Positions 1-10,001 of a DNA stretch of 57,043 nt are shown in pieces (the first letter of the stretch is position 1; each line of letters begins with the position of its first letter). This stretch comes from Promethearchaeota archaeon (GTDB taxonomy: Archaea; Asgardarchaeota; Lokiarchaeia; Sigyniarchaeales; SOKP01). A program made the position numbers and the translations under genes. Below the pieces are notes generated by a model that saw only the letters and a list, made by a program, of their open reading frames with translations, was not told where the DNA came from and did no database searches. The stretch is taken from assembly GCA_016839765.1 (NCBI GenBank), contig JAEOTP010000064.1, positions 1-57,043 of the forward strand, read 5' to 3'.

Positions 1-2742
1 CATCTGTTTATCTGCTTTTTGCTCGACTACTGCCTTCTCTAAGAAATAGGGATCAATTATAGCTGAAATTTGTTTAAAATCATAATGTCTGGGATCAATC
101 GCTTTTAATCTGCATGTTGCTGAACATTTTCCACATCCTTTACAGATAGCAGGATTGATATGCGCCTTTTTTGTAGGAATACTAACATCCTCATATTCTT
201 GTTTGAGATCAGTCAATGAGATAGCTTTAAATTGACATACTTCAGCGCACCTACCACAACCGTTACATTTTTCCACATTTACTCTCATATCTTTAAAGAA
301 ACACTCAATTGATAGCAGAAATGAAAGTAATTCTAATTTTGTTGTTGAAATCTTTTTTTGACTTAAAAATCTACTCGATCTTCCTGCTGCACCATTTGCT
401 TCTGAAATGCAATCTTGGATATTTTTGGGCCACTGAGCACACCCACACACAAATATCCCATGCCCAGTAAAATCTAAAGGTCTTAATTTCGTATGTGCTT
501 CAATAAAGAATCCATTTACGTCAAGCGGAATATCAAGCATTTCTGATAAAATATCTAAATCATCAGGAGGAACCATGGGAGTTGCTAATATAATTAAATC
601 TGAATTAAATTCAATAATCTCATTTGGGTTGATATCATCTCGCAGTTTAATTAAATATTTTTCAGGATTTTGCCCCACTTTAACAATATCAGGAATATTT
701 TCAAGATTATATCTAACATAATCCGCGATATTTTTTCTTTCACTAAATATATCTTCAAGTTCTTTTTTAGCCATATGAAGATCTCTGAATAATACATGTA
801 TTTCAGCTTTTGGATTAATTTCCTTTAAGATATTCATATTTTTTATTGCATTACTGCAACATACATTTGAACAATATGAAAAACCTTCTTTTTGTCTTGC
901 CTTCACGCAAAGGATAATAGTTATATGCTTTATCTTATTAAGCCAAGAAATATCCTTACTCTTTAGTTTTTTTTCCAATTCTAAAAGAGTTAAAACTTGT
1001 TTATTATCTTTGTTGTATTGAAAAAGTCCAATTGGTTTAAATTCTTGACTACCTGTAGCAATTATTATAATTCCAATGCTTATATCATGAATTTTTTTAT
1101 TTAGGTCTAAAATCGATATCTCGTAATTTCCAATTGATCCTGTAATGTTTTCAATTTTAGAATTCAGAAAAATTTTAATTTTTGTATTCTTTCTGACTTC
1201 TTCTTCAAGATTAAAAAGAAAATCTGAACTACTTTGCTTAGTAGGGTATAATACGTTAATTTCATTAATGTTACCTCCTAATTGATTTTCCTTCTCTAAA
1301 AGAATTGTATCAAAACCCTGTTTTCCTAAATTTAATGCCGCAGTCATTCCAGAGACTCCACCGCCAATTACTAATGCTCTTGGAGTGATCTTAATTATAT
1401 TTTTTTCTGGTAGTATATCAATTTCCTTTTCTTTTATTTGTGAATATCTTACTGGTGCTAATAATGCTGCTATTTCACCTGCGATTCCACTGGCATTGAC
1501 TACAGTTTCTGATATGTTCATTGGGCTCTGATTAAAGCCACATAAATATATTCCTTCCTTCGTTGATAAAGATTTATTAAAGTAGGATTGTGATTTGAAA
1601 AACTGGTATTTATCTTGTTCAATTCCCAAAATTTTAGCTAATTTTTTAGCCCCTTTTGAAGATACTAAAGGTGCTGCTAGAACTACTAGATTTGCTCTAT
1701 AAGTTTCATCTTTTCCAGTTTTCATATCTTTATAATGTATTATTAAATCATTTGATCCTGACTCTTCTTCAATGTTATCTATTTTGCTATTAATATACTT
1801 AATATCATGCTCATCTTGAGCACTTTTAGTGTATTCATAAAAATCACGACCAAAAACTCGGATATTATGTCTAAATACGGAGATCTGTGCATTCTCAGTG
1901 TAATCTTTTGTTATAATTGCATTTTTTGCTGTATACATGCAGCACACTCGGGAACAATAAGGAATATGATCTTCCAAATACCCAGATCCCGCACATTGAA
2001 TGAAAGCAATCTTTTTCGGCTCTATTTCATCGCTTGGTCGTAAGATTTGCATACCAAATGGACCTGTTGGACAGAGCATTCTTTCATATTCTAAAGCATT
2101 AACCACATTCTTATGTTGATATCCCCATTTAGAATGTAATTCTTTACCAAGCATATCGAATCCAGTGGCAACTACAATTGCGCCTACATTTACTTCTATT
2201 TCTTGGGGTTTTTGATCAAAATCGATTGCCTCACCTTTACATACTTTTTGGCATACTCCACATACATTCCTATTTAAATAAAGACATATTTCAGGATCTA
2301 TTACATATACAGGAGGAGTTGCTTGAGGAAAAGGCATATATATTGATTTTCTTTTACCTAAATTCATGTCAAAAATATTAGGGGTTTCTATTTTTGGACA
2401 CTTTGCAGCACAATCACCGCATCCCTTACATTTAGATTCATCAACATATCTTGGATGCTTTAAAACAGACACATTAAAATTTCCAGCCGTTCCAGAGACA
2501 TGTTGTACTTCAGATAAAGTATATAGCTCTATATTGGGATTTCTATATATTGCAACCATTTTAGGTGAAAGCATGCATAAAGAGCAGTCATGTTGTGGAA
2601 ATAATTTATCAAATTGGGCCATATGACCTCCTATTGATGCATTTTTTTCCACCAGGAAAACTTTAAATCCTAACTCCGTTAAATCAAGAGAAGTTTGGAT
2701 TCCAGCGATACCCCCACCTATTACTAAAACGCTACCTTTCAT
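1..2742 (-). CDS. hdrA: Large HdrA-like FAD/Fe-S oxidoreductase with two FAD domains; 3'-partial, runs off window edge
   Basis: Manual translation from ATG 2742 gives MKGSVLVIGGGIAGIQTSLDLTELGF..., CKGCGDCAAKCP, YCSRVCCMYTAK, a second GGGVSG motif and C-terminal CKGCGKCSATC. Close paralogue of 5631..8729. Absent from the ORF track because there is no stop inside the window. Confidence 0.9.
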   Translation of the reverse strand, partial: MKGSVLVIGGGIAGIQTSLDLTELGFKVFLVEKNASIGGHMAQFDKLFPQHDCSLCMLSPKMVAIYRNPNIELYTLSEVQHVSGTAGNFNVSVLKHPRYVDESKCKGCGDCAAKCPKIETPNIFDMNLGKRKSIYMPFPQATPPVYVIDPEICLYLNRNVCGVCQKVCKGEAIDFDQKPQEIEVNVGAIVVATGFDMLGKELHSKWGYQHKNVVNALEYERMLCPTGPFGMQILRPSDEIEPKKIAFIQCAGSGYLEDHIPYCSRVCCMYTAKNAIITKDYTENAQISVFRHNIRVFGRDFYEYTKSAQDEHDIKYINSKIDNIEEESGSNDLIIHYKDMKTGKDETYRANLVVLAAPLVSSKGAKKLAKILGIEQDKYQFFKSQSYFNKSLSTKEGIYLCGFNQSPMNISETVVNASGIAGEIAALLAPVRYSQIKEKEIDILPEKNIIKITPRALVIGGGVSGMTAALNLGKQGFDTILLEKENQLGGNINEINVLYPTKQSSSDFLFNLEEEVRKNTKIKIFLNSKIENITGSIGNYEISILDLNKKIHDISIGIIIIATGSQEFKPIGLFQYNKDNKQVLTLLELEKKLKSKDISWLNKIKHITIILCVKARQKEGFSYCSNVCCSNAIKNMNILKEINPKAEIHVLFRDLHMAKKELEDIFSERKNIADYVRYNLENIPDIVKVGQNPEKYLIKLRDDINPNEIIEFNSDLIILATPMVPPDDLDILSEMLDIPLDVNGFFIEAHTKLRPLDFTGHGIFVCGCAQWPKNIQDCISEANGAAGRSSRFLSQKKISTTKLELLSFLLSIECFFKDMRVNVEKCNGCGRCAEVCQFKAISLTDLKQEYEDVSIPTKKAHINPAICKGCGKCSATCRLKAIDPRHYDFKQISAIIDPYFLEKAVVEQKADKQM

Positions 2743-2792
2743 TATTGTTAAATCCCCAAAAAAGAATTTTACTATCAAATTGAGTTATTCTC

Positions 2793-2906
2793 ACATATAA
2801 ACTTTATGATCCATTTTGATCATTATTCAATTTTTAATGATGGAAATTGAAAACTTTTCAGGTTTTTATGATTGATTAGTTCAATTATGATCGTTTAGTA
2901 CGATCA
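2793..2906 (-). promoter_or_regulatory. Putative BRE/TATA of the first hdrA with two upstream palindromic operators
   Basis: Minus strand AAAG-TTTATAT around 2795-2805; ATGATC-N6-GATCAT at 2806-2823; TGATCGT-N5-ACGATCA at 2888-2906. Confidence 0.4.
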
Positions 2907-3101
2907 ATCCTGTGCAATTTGCAGTAAAGAGTGGATTCTTTCTCTAATAATTATCGGTTTTGAACAAAAATTCAGTAAATATTTATGAAAAACATAAATT
3001 TTGTAATAAAAAATTCTCTTAATTTTATCTCCTTTAGCAAAAATGTTAAGTATTTAATTGTAAGTCTTTTATTTAATACGATTATTTTTGAGCGAAATTA
3101 A

Positions 3102-4088
3102 ATGAGAAATAAAACCAAAATCAAAATAACTATAGGAGTTTTAGTGATAGTTATAGCATTTTTAAGCATCTGTAATTGTATTATCTTCAATAATTTAGGA
3201 GAAAATGATGTATCCCTAAAAGTTCAAGACGAAATTAATTTAAAAAGTCCGAAAAAGTCGGGGTATTGGAATCTCCAGTTTATCCATATTGATGGTAATT
3301 GGTCTCATACTGCTGGTAACTATACGTGGTGTAGCGGTGATGGTTCGTGGAATAATCCCTATATTATAGAAAATGTTACTATTGATGCGAGTAATTCACC
3401 TACCGGAAGTGGAATTCTTATAAATAATTCTAAAAACGATTATTTTTTCATCAATAATTGTACTGTGTATAATGCGGGTATTGGATACAATGACTCGGGT
3501 ATCAAACTAGAGAATACAAATAATGGAACTATAACAGGGAGTAAATGTTCACACAATGGAAGATTTGGTATATTCTTATACAATCATTGTAAAAATAACA
3601 CAATTTCAGGAAACACTGCAAATGAAAATTATAATTATGGGATTTATTTATTTGATGATTGTGATAACAACACTATTTCGGGAAATACAGTAAATGATAA
3701 TGATTACTCTGGGATACGTTTGTACTGGTATTGTTCTAACTACATCATTTCGAATAACAGTGTAAACTACAATGAGTGGGATGGAATACATTTAGATATT
3801 AGTGGTTATGGCATCATTTCGGGAAATACTGCAAACTACAATAGATATGGGATTCATTTATATAAGAGTCATTCTAACATCATTTCGGGAAATATATTGA
3901 TTGGAAATGATGAATGTATTTTTGAACAAGAATGCGAAGAAAATGTTTTTGAAAATAACGATTGCGTCGAGGCGGAAATCCCTTTCATGATAATTATCGC
4001 AATTATATATACTGTAGGCGGAATAGGATTAGCGGTGGTTATAATAGTTCTATTACTTAAAAGGACACGAGTAAGTGAAAGTATATAG
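3102..4088 (+). CDS. Membrane-anchored parallel beta-helix (NosD/CASH-like) surface protein
   Basis: N-terminal hydrophobic segment, repeated NNTISGNTAN.N..GI.L units, C-terminal TM helix followed by basic residues. Confidence 0.8.
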   Translation: MRNKTKIKITIGVLVIVIAFLSICNCIIFNNLGENDVSLKVQDEINLKSPKKSGYWNLQFIHIDGNWSHTAGNYTWCSGDGSWNNPYIIENVTIDASNSPTGSGILINNSKNDYFFINNCTVYNAGIGYNDSGIKLENTNNGTITGSKCSHNGRFGIFLYNHCKNNTISGNTANENYNYGIYLFDDCDNNTISGNTVNDNDYSGIRLYWYCSNYIISNNSVNYNEWDGIHLDISGYGIISGNTANYNRYGIHLYKSHSNIISGNILIGNDECIFEQECEENVFENNDCVEAEIPFMIIIAIIYTVGGIGLAVVIIVLLLKRTRVSESI

Positions 4089-4184
4089 TTTTATTGTTAT
4101 CTTGTCCTTGTTATTTCTTAAAAATAAGAAAAAGAAAACAATAAATAATTGGTTCGCTGGTTTTTTTCATTCAAAGTATCTAAC

Positions 4185-5120
4185 TTACTTTCCATTATCT
4201 TTACTCAAACTTGAAACAAGGATTTCCATGAACTCTTTATTTCCATTCTTTGTCTTAAATTTCATGCAATAAGTTATTGGTGTTGAATTTTCACGTTTTT
4301 CCTCTAAAATTTTAATTTTTCCAGGAATTTCCTTAGTATCAACAGTCATAAATAAGTCGGTAGTAGTAAATAATGCTGGTTTTATTAAATAAATAGGTAC
4401 AAATGTATCAAATGGGTAAAATCCATTACTTTTATTGAATTGCCAAACATTCAACCAACTTCTAGTATGTTGGGAAATAAAGTTTGTTATCGGATTTTGA
4501 ATTGAGTGAATTCTTTTTTGATGCTCTTCCTTAAAAACAGCTTGACAGCAGATATCCAATCCCATACCTATTCTTGGGACCATAGTTTTTGTTTCAATTA
4601 AAAATTTTGCTGCCATTGGATCATTCTGGAAATTAGACTCAACCATTTCAGATAAACCGTCATCAAATATAAACGGTGGACTAAATGCTGAACAAGGTTC
4701 GATAGTACCTCCCATAAAGATTATCTTTTTAACTTTTTCAAGTAAATGTGGAAAAAGTTGAAATACTGTCGCAATGTTAGTTAATGGACCAAGTGTAAGT
4801 AAGACTAATTCATTCTCATATTCTTGAATTTTATCAATTAAAAATTTAGAAGCATCGGTTAAGGTTCCTAAAGCATATTTAGAGCTAGCTCCTAAGAAGT
4901 GGGGAATTTCTGTTTTATTTGCTAAATCTAAATATTTTTGTATTAATTTATAACCAGTTTCTACGGGAGTATTCCCATAAATGGTTGTGATTCCCACAAT
5001 ATCAAATATATCAGGATTATTTAGCATTAAAAATAGTGCTAAGCCATCACCTACATCGACAGCTCTCTTTCCAAGTCCAGGATCACAATCAATTATAACT
5101 TTATATTTTGGTTTATCCAT
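4185..5120 (-). CDS. Inosine-uridine preferring nucleoside hydrolase family protein
   Basis: IIDCDPG...DVGDGLAL, TTIYGN, LGPLTNIA, FMGG and E.NF..DP.AA motifs. Confidence 0.85.
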   Translation of the reverse strand: MDKPKYKVIIDCDPGLGKRAVDVGDGLALFLMLNNPDIFDIVGITTIYGNTPVETGYKLIQKYLDLANKTEIPHFLGASSKYALGTLTDASKFLIDKIQEYENELVLLTLGPLTNIATVFQLFPHLLEKVKKIIFMGGTIEPCSAFSPPFIFDDGLSEMVESNFQNDPMAAKFLIETKTMVPRIGMGLDICCQAVFKEEHQKRIHSIQNPITNFISQHTRSWLNVWQFNKSNGFYPFDTFVPIYLIKPALFTTTDLFMTVDTKEIPGKIKILEEKRENSTPITYCMKFKTKNGNKEFMEILVSSLSKDNGK

Positions 5121-5171
5121 GAGAGTTAGGGTGAGAAAGTTTTATTCTAATATTAATAAGAATAACAAAAT

Positions 5172-5609
5172 TTATATAACTTTTAAAGGCCCTAATTCTT
5201 TAATTTGATTCGTAAATTCAGTAATTAAATCCGCGAAGCGCTTGCCTTCTGAAGCACTAACCCATTCTAAACGAACTCTTTTTTCATTAATCCCTAGTTG
5301 TTTTATCACTATTTTATGCAACCTTTCAAATCTTTCTTTAGCATATTCGTTACCTGAGATATAATGACAATCTCCAATATGGCAGCCAGTGACTAATACT
5401 CCATCAGCTCCTTCCTTTAAAGCCTTCATGACAAATACCGGATCTACTCTTCCAGAACACATAACTCTTATAATCCTCATATTGGGAGGATATTGGAACC
5501 TTGAGACTCCTGCTAAATCCGCTCCTGCATAAGAGCACCAATTGCAGCAAAACACAAGTATCTCAGGATTAAAATCTGGATATTTAACTTTAGTTTTTGC
5601 TTTTGGAAT
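5172..5609 (-). CDS. mvhD: MvhD/HdrA-associated [2Fe-2S] subunit, Cys form; probable ATT start
   Basis: FCCNWCSYAGADLAG, RVMCSGRVDP, GCHIGDCHY. The frame stays open upstream of GTG 5555 (..DFNPEILVF) to an in-frame TAA with no ATG/GTG/TTG. ATT at 5609 follows AGGTG by 7 nt. Confidence 0.9.
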   Translation of the reverse strand: MPKAKTKVKYPDFNPEILVFCCNWCSYAGADLAGVSRFQYPPNMRIIRVMCSGRVDPVFVMKALKEGADGVLVTGCHIGDCHYISGNEYAKERFERLHKIVIKQLGINEKRVRLEWVSASEGKRFADLITEFTNQIKELGPLKVI

Positions 5610-5630
5610 GACTTCACACCTTTATTTTTC

Positions 5631-8600
5631 TTAAGTTTCTAATAAATATGATTCTATCATCGCGGTTATTTGATCAAAATCGTATTGCTTTATTGAGATT
5701 GCTCCGTTTGGGCAAGTTGCAGCACATGTGCCACATCCCTTACAGAGGGCAGAATTTATAAAAGATTTTTTTACAGTTAAGCTAATATCCTCAAAATCTT
5801 TTACTGATTCTAGAATATCAATAGCATTATAGGGACATATTGATTCACACTTTCCACATCCTATGCAATTTATTGGATCTACTTCTGCTACTATCCCTGA
5901 GGTGGTAATCTCTTTGGCACTTAGAAATCTACTTGCTCGAGCAGCAGCGCCATTTGCTTGTGAGATTGAATCTTGAATGTTCTTCGGCCATTGAGCACAT
6001 CCACATAAGAAGATTCCATCTGTTGCAAAATCCAGAGGTCTAAGTTTAACATGCGCTTCTAAGAAAAATCCATTTCTATCCAGAGGCACTTTTAACATTT
6101 TTGCTAACTCTTCCAAATTATCTGCAGGGATTATTGGGGTCGATAATATAATTAAATCAGTCTCAAATTCTAAGAAATCTTGTAGGTTGGTATCATAAAA
6201 TTTGATATTATATCTTTCTGGATTTTTATTTATTTGTTTAATTATTAGTAAATTTTCCAAATCATATCTTAAGAAGATAGCATCCTTTCTGCGTTCACGA
6301 TAGTATTCTTCATATTTTTTCTTTGCCATCTGAATATCTCTGTAAAGTACAACAATCTCAAGTTCAGGTTTTAATTTTTTTAGAAGACTAATATTTTTGA
6401 TTGAATTTCCACAACAAATATTTGAACAGTAGGTAATTCCTTCAAGCTGCCTCGCATTTGCACATAAAACAGTCGTTATTCGATTTATCTTAGTAAGCCA
6501 TGATTTTCCTTTTTCTTTTAAAATTTGCTCTAATTCTAGTTGAGTTATAACATTCTTATTTTGGTTATTGTATTGAAACAGATCTTTAGGTTTATATTCT
6601 TTACCTCCAGTAGCAACAATTATAGTTCCAATACTTAAATCTTGAGTTTTGCTATTTGAATCAGCAATAGTTACTACGTAATTACCTACATAACCTCTAA
6701 TATTATTAATTTTTCCTTTTAAGAAAACTTGAATATTCTCATTTTTCTCAACTAAATCAATGGTTTGGTTTAGAAAATCAGAGGCATTTTGTTCGGTTGG
6801 ATATAAAACATTTAGATAATTTAAATTTCCTCCTAGGATGCTTTCTTTTTCTACTATAAATGTTTTGAATCCTTGATTTGCAATATTTAATGCAGCACTC
6901 ATTCCCGCAATTCCACCCCCTATAATTAATGCTGTTGGAGTAATTTTTAACAATTCTTCCCTTAAAGGTTTTAATAACCTTGATTTAGCAATAGCCATTC
7001 TTATTAAGTCTTTAGCTTTTTGGGTTGCGGCTTCTGCATCATCCATATGAACCCAAGAACATTGATCCCTAATATTAACCATTTCAAAGAGATATTTATT
7101 TAATCCAACTTCTTGACATGTTTCTTGAAATAATGCTTCATGTGTTCGAGGTGTACAGGATGCTACGATGAATCTATTTAAATGATGATTTGTAATTAAT
7201 TCTTTAATTCTTGACTGAGAATCAGAGCTACAAGAATATAAATTATCTTCACAATGAACAACATTAGGTAGAGTTCTCACATATTCTGCCAGTAACGGAA
7301 CATGAACATATTTTCCGATATTAATCCCACAATGACAAATTAAAACCCCTATTCTTGGTTCATCAGTATCTTTAGTCTCTAGTTCGGGTACTTCTAACTG
7401 CTTCTCCTTGATTTGCTCAAATTTAACAGAATTTAGAAATGCAGCTATCTGTCCCGCCACACCACTTGCATCTGCAACGGTTTCAGGTATGTCCATCGGG
7501 CCTTGGCAGAATCCACATAAGTAAATCCCATCTTTCGTGGATTTAGATTTATTAAAATAATCTATTTCTTTGAAAAATTCATATTCATCTAATTCTATCC
7601 CTAAAACATTTGATAAAATCTTTGTTCCATTTGAGGGAACTAGAGGAGTAGCTAATACTACTAAATTAGCTTGAAAATCATTAAATTCTCCTGTTTTTAA
7701 ATTTTCATAATGAATAATTAAATCATTAGTTTCAGAATCCTCTTCAATTTTACTAATTTTTGTTTGTATGTATTTCACTCCGTATTCCTTCTGAGCTCTT
7801 TGCGTGAATTCATAGAAATTTTTACCATAAGCTCTAATATCATGTCGAAACACAAAACATTGGGAGCGATTCGAATGTTCTTTCGTGATAATAGCTTCTT
7901 TAGCAGTATACATGCAGCATACGCTTGAACAATAGGGTACACCCTCATGTAAATCTCTTGAACCAGCACATTGAATAAATGCAATTTTCTCAGGCTCTTT
8001 TTGATCACTTGGTCGCAAGACATGACCACCAAAAGGTCCTGAAGCACATAAAATTCTTTCATATTCTAATGCACTTACTACATTATTATACCGATATCCC
8101 CACCTTGAAGTTAACTTTTCAGCTGGTATATCAAATCCAGTCGCAACTACAATAGCTCCAACCTTTAATTCTATTTCCATAGGTTTTTGCTCAAAATCTA
8201 TTGCTTCAGCTTGACAAACTTTAGCACATACACCACATACTCCTTTATTTATTTTTAAGCATAATTCAGGATCTATTAAGTAAATTGGAGGAACTGCTTG
8301 AGGAAATGGAATGTAAGCAGATTTTCTTTTGCCTAGCTTCATATCAAATAGATTAGGTACTTCTATTTTTGGACATTTTATAGCGCAATCTCCACACCCC
8401 TTACATTTAGTCTCATCTACATATCGTGGCTTTTTAAGAATAATAGCAGAGAAATTCCCAGGTTCTCCAGAAACTTTTTTTACTTCATGATAAGTCATAA
8501 GTTTAATATTTGGATTACGGAATACCTCAACCATCTTTGGAGCAAGAATACAAAGGCTGCAATCGTTAGTTGGAAATGTTTTATCGAGCTGAGCCATACG

Positions 8601-8729
8601 ACCTCCAATTGAGGGATTTCTTTCTACTAAATATACCTTAAAACCTAATTCTGTTAGGTCTAATGAAGTTTGAATACCTGCGATTCCTCCTCCGATAACT
8701 AAAACAGATCCTTCCATTATTTTTTTCAA
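5631..8729 (-). CDS. hdrA: Large HdrA-type heterodisulfide reductase flavoprotein (two FAD domains, all-Cys)
   Basis: GGGIAG x2, LDKTFPTNDCSLCILAPK, ICHCG, YSCS, ASCTPRTHE, QCSWVH and ferredoxin motifs. Confidence 0.92.
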   Translation of the reverse strand: MKKIMEGSVLVIGGGIAGIQTSLDLTELGFKVYLVERNPSIGGRMAQLDKTFPTNDCSLCILAPKMVEVFRNPNIKLMTYHEVKKVSGEPGNFSAIILKKPRYVDETKCKGCGDCAIKCPKIEVPNLFDMKLGKRKSAYIPFPQAVPPIYLIDPELCLKINKGVCGVCAKVCQAEAIDFEQKPMEIELKVGAIVVATGFDIPAEKLTSRWGYRYNNVVSALEYERILCASGPFGGHVLRPSDQKEPEKIAFIQCAGSRDLHEGVPYCSSVCCMYTAKEAIITKEHSNRSQCFVFRHDIRAYGKNFYEFTQRAQKEYGVKYIQTKISKIEEDSETNDLIIHYENLKTGEFNDFQANLVVLATPLVPSNGTKILSNVLGIELDEYEFFKEIDYFNKSKSTKDGIYLCGFCQGPMDIPETVADASGVAGQIAAFLNSVKFEQIKEKQLEVPELETKDTDEPRIGVLICHCGINIGKYVHVPLLAEYVRTLPNVVHCEDNLYSCSSDSQSRIKELITNHHLNRFIVASCTPRTHEALFQETCQEVGLNKYLFEMVNIRDQCSWVHMDDAEAATQKAKDLIRMAIAKSRLLKPLREELLKITPTALIIGGGIAGMSAALNIANQGFKTFIVEKESILGGNLNYLNVLYPTEQNASDFLNQTIDLVEKNENIQVFLKGKINNIRGYVGNYVVTIADSNSKTQDLSIGTIIVATGGKEYKPKDLFQYNNQNKNVITQLELEQILKEKGKSWLTKINRITTVLCANARQLEGITYCSNICCGNSIKNISLLKKLKPELEIVVLYRDIQMAKKKYEEYYRERRKDAIFLRYDLENLLIIKQINKNPERYNIKFYDTNLQDFLEFETDLIILSTPIIPADNLEELAKMLKVPLDRNGFFLEAHVKLRPLDFATDGIFLCGCAQWPKNIQDSISQANGAAARASRFLSAKEITTSGIVAEVDPINCIGCGKCESICPYNAIDILESVKDFEDISLTVKKSFINSALCKGCGTCAATCPNGAISIKQYDFDQITAMIESYLLET

Positions 8730-9988
8730 TCACCTTTAGATTTAGTACGAATAACTTTAACATGATTTATTATGAACTCTGAAAAATCCAAAATTTCAAT
8801 TGATGCAAGATCTTCAAAATCATTTTGAAGACAAGTGAGGTGTATATTACACTTTGGACAAGAAGTAATTAATTTTGATCCCGCTAATTTTGCTTCCTGC
8901 ATTCGCTTGTATCTTAAAGCTTTTGACTTTTCATTACAATTCATCCAAGAATTTACGCCACAGCACAAGGAATTTTCTTTATTATGTGCCATTTCATTGA
9001 ATTGATATCCTAAATACTTAAATTCTCTAAAAATTTCTCTAACTTTGTTTGTTATATTATCATTTTCTGGTAAAAATCTACTTAATCTGCAAGGATCGTG
9101 ATACGTGAATTGAATTTCTTTTTCTGATTTGTTTGGATTCTTAAATTCAATTTTTTGGCTTTTCCAATTCTCATAAATATAGTCAATAATGTGCTTTACT
9201 TCAAAATTTTCATCAAATTCATCAAAAATATTCGCATAATCAATCTTAAATGTTCTGTAGCACTCTGCGCAGGCAGTAACAATAGTTCTTACTCCTGCAT
9301 TCTTGAATTTTTCAAGATTTTTTTTTGCTAGTTTTATAAATGTCTTTAATTTTCCTTGTCCCCAATAAATATCATGTCCACAGCAGATTTCTTCTTTAAA
9401 AACCACTATAGGTTTTTTTTCAATTTGGTATATTAATTTTAATGTGCTAATAGCAATAGAGTTTAAATTTTCAAATTCATAATTGAAGAATGGCAAACAG
9501 CCCACATAATATAAAATGTCGCCCTTATCTGATATCTTGCAATTTTTAGGAATCCAATCCATATTTCTATCAGGATTAATATATGGACGACTCATTATTT
9601 CAGAAATTGTAGTGTATATGCCTTTATGTGCCACAAATTCATCAGAACTTTGATTTTTCTCATGCCTCATTTTATAACGAGCCATCCTTACAATATCAGC
9701 AAAATTAATTTTTACTGGACAATCCTTAAGGCATTGATTACATGTTAAACAATCCCATAATTCTCCACTTTCCAATACTTTATTTTCAAAGCCTTCTAAA
9801 ATTAATTGAATTATTTTACTTGGTGTATATTTTTGAACTTTACTTAGTTGGCATACACCACTACATCTTCCACATTGATAACACTTCTTTAATAAATTTC
9901 TTAATTCTGGTTCGTATATTTTCTCCAAATAATCATATGCATCTGTGAAAAGTTTTCTCCTCTCTATATCTCTTTTTGATTCGGTTAT
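8726..9988 (-). CDS. HdrD-like (HdrC-HdrB fusion) Fe-S protein with CCG domains; probable ATA start
   Basis: CYQCGRCSGVC, CLTCNQCLKDCP, YYVGC, EICCG, TACAEC, YHDPC, SLCCG, TSCPKC. The frame is open 20 codons upstream of TTG 9928 to an ATA 6 nt after GAGGAG. Confidence 0.85.
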   Translation of the reverse strand: MTESKRDIERRKLFTDAYDYLEKIYEPELRNLLKKCYQCGRCSGVCQLSKVQKYTPSKIIQLILEGFENKVLESGELWDCLTCNQCLKDCPVKINFADIVRMARYKMRHEKNQSSDEFVAHKGIYTTISEIMSRPYINPDRNMDWIPKNCKISDKGDILYYVGCLPFFNYEFENLNSIAISTLKLIYQIEKKPIVVFKEEICCGHDIYWGQGKLKTFIKLAKKNLEKFKNAGVRTIVTACAECYRTFKIDYANIFDEFDENFEVKHIIDYIYENWKSQKIEFKNPNKSEKEIQFTYHDPCRLSRFLPENDNITNKVREIFREFKYLGYQFNEMAHNKENSLCCGVNSWMNCNEKSKALRYKRMQEAKLAGSKLITSCPKCNIHLTCLQNDFEDLASIEILDFSEFIINHVKVIRTKSKGD

Positions 9989-10001
9989 GGTTTTCTCCTC
10001 T

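Noticed and set aside
1807-2626. Plus-strand ORFs 1807..2043, 2178..2381 and 2366..2626
   Set aside because: Antisense shadows of the partial hdrA.
9948-10001. Direct repeat AGAGGAGAAAAC x2 (minus strand) before the hdrD-like gene as a regulatory repeat
   Set aside because: One copy is the RBS and the other falls in the extended coding frame; probably coincidental.
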